This document shows positions 18,299-26,124 of a stretch of DNA of 64,000 nt, in pieces. The notes beneath the pieces were generated by a model. That model was given only the letters and a program-made list of their open reading frames with translations, was not told where the DNA came from and ran no database searches. A program made the translations under genes and the position numbers. This stretch comes from Leptospiria bacterium. Its GTDB lineage: Bacteria; Spirochaetota; Leptospiria; Turneriellales; CBDBES01. Where the stretch lies: positions 1,786,720-1,850,719 of the forward strand of contig OZ253494.1 of the NCBI GenBank assembly GCA_965262015.1. The letters run 5' to 3'. The first letter of the stretch is position 1, and the number at the start of each line of letters is the position of its first letter.

Positions 18299-19425
18299 AG
18301 CAAGATAATTAGGGTCAGCACAGTTGATGTAAGATATACCACCCCACGACTACTGTCGCTAGGAGTGGTTGTACTTCAGCACATACATTCCTGTGGCCAA
18401 TATTATGGGCAGAAAACCTAAGGTATATATTCTTATCCTGTTAAAGCGGTCATCATCATAGCTCTAAGGGGTAGAAAGGTTCCCTGTGTAATTCATTTCA
18501 TAGCCTGGTTTTGCCAGAAAGTTTAAGTCGATTAAAGAAGCCAACCAAGATAATTAGGGTCAGCACAGTTGATGTAAGAATACCACCCCACAACTACTGT
18601 CGCTAGGGGTTGTTGTACTTCAGCACATACATTCCTGTGGCTAACATCATGGGTAGAAAACCTAAGATATATATTCTTATCCTGTTAAAGTAGTCATCAT
18701 CACAGCTCTAAGGGGTAGAAAGGTTCCCTGTGTAATTCATTTCATAGCCTGGTCTTGCCAGAAAGTTTAAGTCGATTAAAGAAGCCAACCAAGATAATTA
18801 GGGTCAGCACAGTTGATGTAAGAATACCACCCCACAACTACTGTCGCTAGGGGTTGTTGTACTTCAGCCCATACATTCCTGTGGCCAATATTATGGGCAG
18901 AAAACCTAGGATATATCTATCCTGTTAAAGCAGTCATCATCACAGCTCTAAGGCGTAGAAAGGTTCCCTGTGTAATTCATTTCATAGCCTGGTTTTGCCA
19001 GAAAGTTTAAGTCGATTAAAGAAGCCAACCAAGATAATTAGGGTCAGCACAGTTGATGTAAGATATACCACCCCACGACTACTGTCGCTAGGGGTTGTTG
19101 TACTTCAGCACATACATTCCTGTGGCCAATATTATGGGCAGAAAACCTAGGATATATCCTGTTAAAGTAGTCATCATCACAGCTCTAAGGCGTAGAGAGG
19201 TTCCCTGTGTAATTCATTTCATAGCCTGGTTTTGCCAGAAAGTTTAAGTCGATTAAAGAAGCCAACCAAGATAATTAGGGTCAGCACAGTTGATGTAAGA
19301 ATACCACCCCACAACTACTGTCGCTAGGAGTGGTTGTACTTCAGCACATACATCCCTGTGGCCAACATCATGGGTAGAAAACCTAAGGTATATATTCTTA
19401 TCCTGTTAAAGCGGTCATCATCATA
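18299..19425. repeat. tandem array (~4.6 copies, period 238-245 bp) of the 3' end of an RND pump pseudogene
   Basis: Unit starts (caagataattagggtcagcac) are at 18301, 18546, 18790, 19030 and 19268. The reverse strand of each unit reads MMMTALT..LGFLPMMLATG / AEVQQPLATVVVG / GILTSTVLTLIILVGFFNRLKLSGKTRL* across three frames. Confidence 0.85.
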
Positions 19426-19544
19426 ACCCCAATTAAGAGTAGACCTACAACTCCGTCCGCTAGAGAAAACAAAATACCTAGTAAAATTAGAATCGTTTGT
19501 AGCCAATTATAGAAAGCAGAATAGACCTTCCAAATACATAACAT
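19426..19544 (-). pseudogene. RND pump fragment joined to the last tandem unit
   Basis: The reverse strand reads MLCIWKVYSAFYNWLQTILILLGILFSLADGVVGLLLIGV, then runs directly into MMMTALTG* of the array. The ~70 codons present at the other loci are deleted here. Confidence 0.5.
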
Positions 19545-19548
19545 TTTT

Positions 19549-19563
19549 CTGACAGATTGTCAG
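19549..19563. promoter_or_regulatory. perfect palindrome CTGACA-gat-TGTCAG upstream of the NHL-2 promoter (possible operator)
   Basis: Read directly. It is identical at 21747-21761 and degenerate at locus 1 (ctgataatttgttag). Confidence 0.2.
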
Positions 19564-19599
19564 CGAAATGAGTATTTAATTACAAAAATGAAAAAACAA

Positions 19600-19629
19600 T
19601 TGACATTTTATTCATTAAGAAGATATTCT
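19600..19629 (+). promoter_or_regulatory. sigma-70-like promoter of NHL paralog 2
   Basis: TTGACA at 19600-19605 and TATTCT at 19624-19629. The block is identical to locus 1. Confidence 0.4.
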
Positions 19630-19697
19630 ATGCCAACGAGAACTTCATGTCTCAATGCACCATAATTGGTGCAGTAAAGAGAGGTACCAAAATGATA

Positions 19698-19763
19698 AAC
19701 AAGCAACAAGCAACAAGCAACAAGCAACAAGCAACAAGCAACAAGCAACAAGCAACAAGCAAC
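19698..19763 (+). repeat. heptanucleotide SSR (AACAAGC) x9 plus AAC
   Basis: Counted directly: 63 nt at 19698-19760, then AAC. Confidence 0.95.
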
Positions 19764-19863
19764 CTATAAGTTTTTTCCTAAATTTTTAGAACGAATTGTT
19801 GATCAAGGTCAACATTCTTTCCATGTATTCAAAAGATACTTCTCGATCAGCGTATTTGCCGTA

Positions 19864-21072
19864 TTGGTGGTAAGTGCCGTCCAATGTGGAGGTGCCCCCT
19901 CTGCCGACGCTACTACCCCTTCTGATGGTGGGTCTGGACAGTTTGATCCTATTTGTCCCAATGGTGTTGCCTCAACAGAAAAGGTTTCAACCGCTAACAT
20001 AGAAAAATGTGTTTCTTGTAATATTGATTTTGAGAAAAATGGTGAACTTTGCAGACCATTCAATTTTATTTGTCCCAATGGTGTTGAATCAACAGGTAAA
20101 GCTCCTGGGAAGGGTATAGAAAAATGTACTTCTTGCGATAGTTATTATGCCTTTAAAAGTGATAAAACCTGTGCCGTGGTTATGGTTAGCACGTTGGCGG
20201 GTACTGACGCTACGGGGGATTTTAATGAGCCTGGTGGAGTAGCAGTTGATGGTGATGGGGTTGTATATGTGGCAGATACATTAAATCATCGTATCCACAA
20301 GATAACACCTGATCCTATTGATCCTAATGGTACTGGTATGGTTATCACATTGGCGGGTACTGACGCTACGGGGGATTTTAATACTCCTAGAGGAGTAGCG
20401 GTTGATAGTTCAGGCAATGTATATGTGGCAGATGGTAAGAATCATCGTATCCGCAAAATAACATTTGATCCTAGTGGTACGGGTACGGTTATCACGTTGG
20501 CGGGTACTAATGCTATGGGGGATTTTAATCAGCCTGGTGGAGTAGCGGTTGATGGTTCAGGCAATGTATATGTGGCTGATATAGTTAACCATCGTATCCG
20601 CAAAATAACATTTGATCCTAGTGGTACGGGTACGGTTATCACGTTGGCGGGTACTGATGCTATGGGGGATTTTAATCAGCCTTTTGGCGTAGCGGTTGAT
20701 AGTTCAGGAAATGTATACGTGGCTGATACTAGTAACCATCGTATCCACAAAATAACGCCTCCTTCTAGTGGTATGGTTATCACATTGGCGGGTACTGACG
20801 CTATGGGGGATTTTAATACTCCTAGAGGAGTAGCGGTTGATAGTGATGGCAATGTATATGTAGCAGATACATTCAATCATCGTATCCGCAAAATAACGCC
20901 TAGTGGTGTGATTAGCATGTTGGCGGGTACTGGGGCTATAGGGGACATGAATGGTGCGGGTGGTGATGCACAATTTCACTCTCCTAATGGAGTAGCGGTT
21001 GATAGTGATGGCAATGTATATGTAGCAGATACATTAAATCATCGTATCCGCAAAATAACCATACCACAATAA
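19864..21072 (+). CDS. NHL-repeat six-bladed propeller protein (paralog 2); body ORF out of frame with its upstream ATGs (apparent phase-OFF)
   Basis: The ORF-track start (TTG 19864) lies inside the hydrophobic segment. The same frame is open back through the SSR (..QQATYKFFPKFLERIVDQGQHSFHVFKRYFSISVFAVLVV) but contains no start codon. ATG 19647 and ATG 19692 are in another frame and stop at TAA 19767-19769. Six blades; IPQ C-terminus. Confidence 0.75.
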   Translation: MVVSAVQCGGAPSADATTPSDGGSGQFDPICPNGVASTEKVSTANIEKCVSCNIDFEKNGELCRPFNFICPNGVESTGKAPGKGIEKCTSCDSYYAFKSDKTCAVVMVSTLAGTDATGDFNEPGGVAVDGDGVVYVADTLNHRIHKITPDPIDPNGTGMVITLAGTDATGDFNTPRGVAVDSSGNVYVADGKNHRIRKITFDPSGTGTVITLAGTNAMGDFNQPGGVAVDGSGNVYVADIVNHRIRKITFDPSGTGTVITLAGTDAMGDFNQPFGVAVDSSGNVYVADTSNHRIHKITPPSSGMVITLAGTDAMGDFNTPRGVAVDSDGNVYVADTFNHRIRKITPSGVISMLAGTGAIGDMNGAGGDAQFHSPNGVAVDSDGNVYVADTLNHRIRKITIPQ

Positions 21073-21095
21073 TTGTAATCTCGTATCTTATTACA

Positions 21096-21131
21096 CCCAT
21101 CCCACGTTGGGGTGGGGTATTTAGTTTTTTT
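21096..21131 (+). terminator. Rho-independent terminator of NHL paralog 2
   Basis: The CCCATCCCA-cgt-TGGGGTGGG hairpin is followed by gtatttagttttttt. Confidence 0.7.
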
Positions 21132-21269
21132 AGCTGTTTTTTGATTATCACCATGTTTCATATAAAATTAGTTTTTCTAATTTTATATTGCAGTTATAGA
21201 CTTTTTATACGAGGCAATTAATCTCTTACCACTATTTTTTCTATGAAGTCTTGGTAAATTTGAAAGCAT

Positions 21270-21543
21270 AAGTTCCATTTTTAGACAGTTTAAGGCGTTC
21301 ATAAGCCGTTTTTCTTTAAGATACTAAAAATAAAGAGAGCAAGTAATGAAAATTCCTTTTAGCATTGCCAAAAGACAGATCAAGAATGGCTAACCAAGTT
21401 TGCACTGTCCAGAGATGATGCTGACGGTACCAAGATTCCACAGCCAATCACTTAAAAATACTTGATATTTGTACTCTTTAGAGTACGTATCCACGCAATT
21501 CCTCTGTGTTGTGTTGTGGCTGTGTTAAGCCGTTTCTCACGAG
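21270..21543 (+). mobile_element. IS30-derived MITE-like element, full-length copy (~270 bp)
   Basis: It shares its 5' end with 12470-12530 and its 3' part (ggctaaccaagtttgcactgtccagagatgatgctgac..cacttaaaaatacttgatatttgt) with 13085-13175. It abuts the RND fragment. Confidence 0.45.
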
Positions 21544-21742
21544 CCAACCAAGACAATTCTATTTAAAACAGCAACACCATAAAAGACAATACATCCACCT
21601 GATGCTAGAATCCTAAAAGGGTAACCCCAATAAGAAGTAGACCTGCAACTCCGTCTGCTAGAACAAACGGAATACCTAGTAGAATTAGAATCGCTTGTAG
21701 CCAATTATAGAAAGCAGAATAGACTTTCCAAATACATAACAT
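21544..21742 (-). pseudogene. RND efflux transporter C-terminal fragment
   Basis: The reverse strand reads MLCIWKVYSAFYNWLQAILILLGIPFVLADGVAGLLLIGVTLLGF*, then decayed ..AVLNRIVLVG. It is homologous to the fragments at 590-730 and 19426-19544. Confidence 0.5.
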
Positions 21743-21746
21743 TTTT

Positions 21747-21761
21747 CTGACAGATTGTCAG
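21747..21761. promoter_or_regulatory. palindrome CTGACA-gat-TGTCAG upstream of the NHL-3 promoter
   Basis: Identical to 19549-19563. Confidence 0.2.
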
Positions 21762-21797
21762 CAAAATGAGTATTTAATTACAAAAATGAAAAAACAA

Positions 21798-21827
21798 TTG
21801 ACATTTTATTCATTAAGAAGATATTCT
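21798..21827 (+). promoter_or_regulatory. sigma-70-like promoter of NHL paralog 3
   Basis: TTGACA at 21798-21803 and TATTCT at 21822-21827. Confidence 0.4.
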
Positions 21828-21895
21828 ATGCCAACGAGAACTTCATGTCTCAATGCATCATAATTGGTGCAGTAAAGAGAGGTACCAAAATGATA

Positions 21896-22003
21896 AACAA
21901 GCAACAAGCAACAAGCAACAAGCAACAAGCAACAAGCAACAAGCAACAAGCAACAAGCAACAAGCAACAAGCAACAAGCAACAAGCAACAAGCAACAAGC
22001 AAC
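21896..22003 (+). repeat. heptanucleotide SSR (AACAAGC) x15 plus AAC
   Basis: Counted directly: 105 nt at 21896-22000, then AAC. Confidence 0.95.
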
Positions 22004-22103
22004 CTATAAGTTTTTTCCTAAATTTTTAGAACGAATTGTTGATCAAGGTCAACATTCTTTCCATGTATGCAAAAGATACCTCTCGATCAGCGTATTTGCC
22101 GTA

Positions 22104-23507
22104 TTGGTGGTAAGCGTCCAATGTGGTGGTGCCTCTGCCGACGCTACTACCCCTTCTGATGGTGGGTCTGGACAGTTTGATCCTATTTGTCCCAATGGTG
22201 TTGCCTCAACAGAAAAGGTTTCAACCGCTAACACAGAAAAATGTGTTTCTTGTAATAGTGGTTTTGGTTTAGACGGTGAGATTTGTAGAGAACAGTTTGA
22301 TCCTATTTGTCCGGATGGTGTTGCCTCAACAGAAAAGGTTTTAACCGCTAACACAGAAAAATGTGTTTCTTGTAATGGTGGTTTTGAGAAAAATGGTGAA
22401 CTTTGCAGACCATTCAATTTTATTTGTCCCAATGGTGTGCCATTAACAGGTGAAGCTCCTGGGAAGAATATGGTAATGTGTACTTCTTGCGATGACTATT
22501 ATGCCTTAAAACGTGATGAAACCTGTGCCGAGGTTCAGGTTATAACGTTGGCGGGTACTGGGGCTGTAGGGGACATGAATGGTGCGGGTGGTTCAGCAAA
22601 ATTTAATGAGCCTAGTGGTGTAGCAGTTGATAGTGATGGGGTTGTATATGTGGCAGATAGTCATAACCACCGTATCCGCAAGATAACGCCTCCTTCTAAT
22701 GGAATAGGTATGGGTACGGTTAGCACGTTGGCGGGTACTAATGCTATGGGGGATTTTAATGAGCCTAGTGGAGTAGCGGTTGATAGTGATAAAAATGTAT
22801 ACGTGGCGGATCGTCGTAACCATCGTATCCAGAAGATAACGCCTAATCGTGTGGTTACAACGTTGGCGGGTACTGGAATGAAGATAGGGGAAATGGGGGG
22901 GATGGTAAAGGGAGGAGCTTTTAGTGATGACGTTGACACTAACGGGGATAGCATGCTTGATCCTGGTTCAGCACAATTTAGTCAGCCTTATGGAGTAGCG
23001 GTTGATAGTGATAAAAATGTATATGTGGCTGATATAGCTAACCATCGTATCCGGAAGATAACATCTACGGGTGTAGTTAGCACGTTGGCGGGTACTGATG
23101 CTATGGGGGATTTTAATCAGCCTTTTGGCGTAGCGGTTGATAGTTCAGGAAATGTATACGTGGCTGATACTAGTAACGAGCGTATCCGGAAGATAAGCAA
23201 TACTATGGGTATGGGTATGGGTATGGTTAAGACCTTGGCGGGTTCTGGTCTTGCTCTTACTAGAGGAGTAGCGGTTGATGGTGATGACAATGTATATGTG
23301 GTTGATGGTGGCCATCGTATCCACAAGATAACGCCTAGTGGTGTGATTAGCACGTTGGCGGGTACTAGGGCTTCAGGGGACATGAATGGTGCGGGTGGTT
23401 CAGCACAATTTTTCTCTCCTTATGGAGTAGCGGTTGATAGTGATGGCAATGTATATGTAGCAGATACATTCAACCATCGTATCCGCAAAATAACCATACC
23501 ACAATAA
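22104..23507 (+). CDS. NHL-repeat six-bladed propeller protein (paralog 3); body ORF out of frame with its upstream ATGs (apparent phase-OFF)
   Basis: The situation matches paralog 2. ATG 21845 and ATG 21890 read through the SSR into TAA 22007-22009, while the body frame starts at ACC 22002. It has three Cys4 modules, six blades and the IPQ C-terminus. Confidence 0.75.
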   Translation: MVVSVQCGGASADATTPSDGGSGQFDPICPNGVASTEKVSTANTEKCVSCNSGFGLDGEICREQFDPICPDGVASTEKVLTANTEKCVSCNGGFEKNGELCRPFNFICPNGVPLTGEAPGKNMVMCTSCDDYYALKRDETCAEVQVITLAGTGAVGDMNGAGGSAKFNEPSGVAVDSDGVVYVADSHNHRIRKITPPSNGIGMGTVSTLAGTNAMGDFNEPSGVAVDSDKNVYVADRRNHRIQKITPNRVVTTLAGTGMKIGEMGGMVKGGAFSDDVDTNGDSMLDPGSAQFSQPYGVAVDSDKNVYVADIANHRIRKITSTGVVSTLAGTDAMGDFNQPFGVAVDSSGNVYVADTSNERIRKISNTMGMGMGMVKTLAGSGLALTRGVAVDGDDNVYVVDGGHRIHKITPSGVISTLAGTRASGDMNGAGGSAQFFSPYGVAVDSDGNVYVADTFNHRIRKITIPQ

Positions 23508-23530
23508 TTGTAATCTCGTATATTATTATA

Positions 23531-23553
23531 CCCATCCCACGTTGGGGGTGGGG
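23531..23553 (+). terminator. terminator-like hairpin after NHL paralog 3
   Basis: The same CCCATCCCA..TGGGGGTGGGG hairpin is present, but no clear T-run follows. Confidence 0.4.
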
Positions 23554-23632
23554 TTAGGATATTTGCAAATAGTTAGTTGATGGTGGTATAATTAAATCTT
23601 GAGATAACACAGGTGTTTTAGCAAGATGTTAT

Positions 23633-23722
23633 CAGCCTTATGGCGTAGCGATTGATGGTTTAGGCAATGTATATGTGGCAGATGCAGGTAACCATCGTAT
23701 CCAAAAGATAACGCCACAATAA
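23633..23722 (+). pseudogene. isolated terminal NHL blade fragment
   Basis: Reads [29 protein letters not shown]. This is the last blade plus the family C-terminus, with no start codon, leader or other blades. Confidence 0.7.
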
Positions 23723-23952
23723 TTATGATCTTATATTTTGTTTCGCTTTGCCGTGGGGTTGAGATAAAGTTGGTTTTCTTCTTCATGGTTGATATATCTC
23801 ATATGTTTTAAGTTTGGTCACATCTGCTTTAAGAAAAAAACTATGAATACTTAAATTGTCCATAACCAGAATTAACTTTCAAAGTATAAAATACGTCCTT
23901 TAAAATTTTGGCTTGACTACTCCACACATATGGCCTGCAGTGTGCGTAGATT

Positions 23953-24177
23953 ATGCCGAAGCAGTGCGTTGTTACACAAAAGAAAACTCGTAGCGGTAAT
24001 AATGTGAGTCATTCTCATGTTAAAACTAAACGAATCTTTAAGGCTAACATACATAAACAACGAGTCTATGTACCTCATTTAAAAAAGTGGGTGAAGCTTA
24101 CTATTTCAGCCCGTGGTTTAAAGATTTTGCAAAAAAAAGGTGCCGATAAGGTTCTTCCCCCTAATATCCTTGCATAG
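23953..24177 (+). CDS. rpmB: 50S ribosomal protein L28
   Basis: 74 aa. MPKQCVVTQKKTRSGNNVSHSHVKTKRIFKANI matches the L28 signature (C..tGk....GnnvSHs..kTkR.f.pN). Confidence 0.85.
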   Translation: MPKQCVVTQKKTRSGNNVSHSHVKTKRIFKANIHKQRVYVPHLKKWVKLTISARGLKILQKKGADKVLPPNILA

Positions 24178-24255
24178 CTATTTAGCTGTGTTATTTGGAT
24201 TATAATTATACCAAAAAATTGCTTTTTTTTAAGGCCAGTGATCCGTAATTAGTGA

Positions 24256-26115
24256 GTGATGCGTTTTTTATTATTACGTTATGCAAGTCTGCCAATTCTC
24301 TTGTGTTTATGTATTATCTTGTCAGCAAATTCAATTACCTTCACAGATAGGCATGAGAAAATAATGAATCTAGGTGATAAAGTAAATTCTACCTATAATG
24401 ACTACCTTCCTTACGTCTCACCTAATGAAAATTTATTATATATGACGTCTGATCGCCCTAGTTATAAAGCCAGCCTACTGCAAGCAGATACACAATATTA
24501 TCAAAGTCGCATATGGAAAATTCCAATGCTTCATAGAGAGGGAAACTTATCCTTTGGTTATCCCACTATTTTTGATAGCAAGATCAATAATAGGATATTT
24601 AATGGTCTTGTATCTGTAAGATATATTTCGGATAGTGACTACCATATTTATTTTACTTCATTGACTAACCATATCTCAGTGAATAGCAATACTGATATTT
24701 TAGTGGCTCATGTGGTAAACAGCGAAGTTGAAACAGTTAAAGTAATTCATGAAATTAGCACAGGATTTAATGAACGCATGCCCTACATCTCTTCAGATGG
24801 CACGGCATTATTTTTTTCTTCTGACCGTCCAGGCGGTTATGGAGAGGATGATATATGGGTCTCTACTTATAACTTTACCCAAAAAACCTGGAATGTTCCT
24901 GCTAATTTGGGACAAAATGTAAATACACCTAATTCAGAGATTTCGCCGTCTATCCACCATAATAATAGTTTATTTTTCTCTTCAAATAAAGAGGGTGGTA
25001 TTGGCGGGTATGATATTTATGTTACGCAAAAAAATAAGCGTATCCCAGATCTATTACATTGGGATCAAGCAAAAAATATCAGTCTACCTTATAATTCACC
25101 ATGGGATGACGAACGGCCCGTTTTTACTCATTCAACACAATATTTTTATTTTTGCTCTAATCGTGCAGGAGGTTATGGTGGTTATGATATCTATAAAGCG
25201 AAAGTGCCTTTAATCATTAAACCCCATAAAACGATTACTTTACAGGGTCGAATTTATGATCACATTTCTCAGGTTGGAATTAAAGCAAATATTCAGGTTC
25301 TTAATTATGATACAGAAATTAATATTTCTAGCATCTTACCTCTAGGGCGCTATTCTGTAAAGCTACGTAATTCAGACAAATACCAAATTATTGTTTCTGC
25401 ACTTGGTTATCAAACACAAGTATATCATCTAGATTTTCAAGATCAAGTAAGTGATATCGATATGATTGAAAAAAATTTTCTCTTAGATACCAAGAACAAT
25501 ATGAAATCTCATAAGATGATGCAAGACAAGATGTCACCCACTCATAAGATGATGCAAGACAAGATGTCACCCACTCATAAGATGATGCAAGACAAGATGT
25601 CACCCACTCATAAGATGATGCAAGATAAGATGTCACCCACTCATAAGATGATGCAAGATAAGATGTCACCCACTCATAAGATGATGCAAGATAAGATGTC
25701 ACCCACTCATAAGATGATGCAAGATAAGATGTCACCCACTCATAAGATGATGATACATGATTCCATGCATTCGGACAGTCAACCTATGGCTATTATCCTC
25801 TTTAAACGTCATATATATAATAAGCTTATCCCAAACGAAGAAGCAAAAATCCGGACTCTATTTACTAGGTGGAAACAAAATCCACAGCACTCATTCCAAT
25901 TAAGGGGACATTCTGCTCGCAAAGAAAAAAAAGATAGAAAGAAAGACCTGTCTAAGAAACGAGCTATGTATGTAAAAGAACGCTTATTATTGTATGACAT
26001 TCCTGAAGAAAGAATTCAGCTCAACTGGTATGCAGATAAGAGGCCTGCCATGGTCGAGAACACAATAAAAAAAAGTGAGCTTAATCAGCGAGTAGAGATA
26101 TTTTTACTAAAGTAA
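24256..26115 (+). CDS. OmpA-family envelope protein with TolB-like (PD40) repeats, a Met/His-rich tandem repeat and a C-terminal OmpA domain
   Basis: 619 aa with a signal peptide. Repeated Y(F)SSDRPGGYG..DIY(W) motifs indicate PD40-type blades. The C-terminus LRGHSA..LSKKRAMYVKERLL..NQRVEIFLL is an OmpA_C-like peptidoglycan-binding motif. Confidence 0.75.
   Translation: MMRFLLLRYASLPILLCLCIILSANSITFTDRHEKIMNLGDKVNSTYNDYLPYVSPNENLLYMTSDRPSYKASLLQADTQYYQSRIWKIPMLHREGNLSFGYPTIFDSKINNRIFNGLVSVRYISDSDYHIYFTSLTNHISVNSNTDILVAHVVNSEVETVKVIHEISTGFNERMPYISSDGTALFFSSDRPGGYGEDDIWVSTYNFTQKTWNVPANLGQNVNTPNSEISPSIHHNNSLFFSSNKEGGIGGYDIYVTQKNKRIPDLLHWDQAKNISLPYNSPWDDERPVFTHSTQYFYFCSNRAGGYGGYDIYKAKVPLIIKPHKTITLQGRIYDHISQVGIKANIQVLNYDTEINISSILPLGRYSVKLRNSDKYQIIVSALGYQTQVYHLDFQDQVSDIDMIEKNFLLDTKNNMKSHKMMQDKMSPTHKMMQDKMSPTHKMMQDKMSPTHKMMQDKMSPTHKMMQDKMSPTHKMMQDKMSPTHKMMQDKMSPTHKMMIHDSMHSDSQPMAIILFKRHIYNKLIPNEEAKIRTLFTRWKQNPQHSFQLRGHSARKEKKDRKKDLSKKRAMYVKERLLLYDIPEERIQLNWYADKRPAMVENTIKKSELNQRVEIFLLK
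25510..25752 (+). repeat. 33-bp tandem repeat, 7 perfect-length copies plus a partial one, encoding (HKMMQDKMSPT)n
   Basis: Counted directly. Copies 1-3 carry GAC-AAG and copies 4-7 carry GAT-AAG (a synonymous C/T difference). The partial eighth copy diverges to HKMMIHDSMHS. Confidence 0.95.
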
Positions 26116-26124
26116 TATTGTATT

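Noticed and set aside
18299-19425. Regular repeat array considered as a CRISPR array.
   Set aside because: The period is about 240 bp and the units are homologous along their whole length. There is no alternation of short repeats and unique spacers, and no cas genes. It is a tandem duplication of an RND gene 3' end.
13305-23722. Diversity-generating retroelement or other templated hypermutation acting on the NHL repeats.
   Set aside because: No reverse transcriptase is present in the window. I could find no template/variable repeat pair with adenine-specific differences. Differences among blades are spread over all bases.
25388-25735. 115-aa antisense ORF (SYEWVTSYLAS repeats) opposite the Met-rich repeat.
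   Set aside because: It is the mirror image of the 33-bp tandem repeat inside a well-supported OmpA-family gene.
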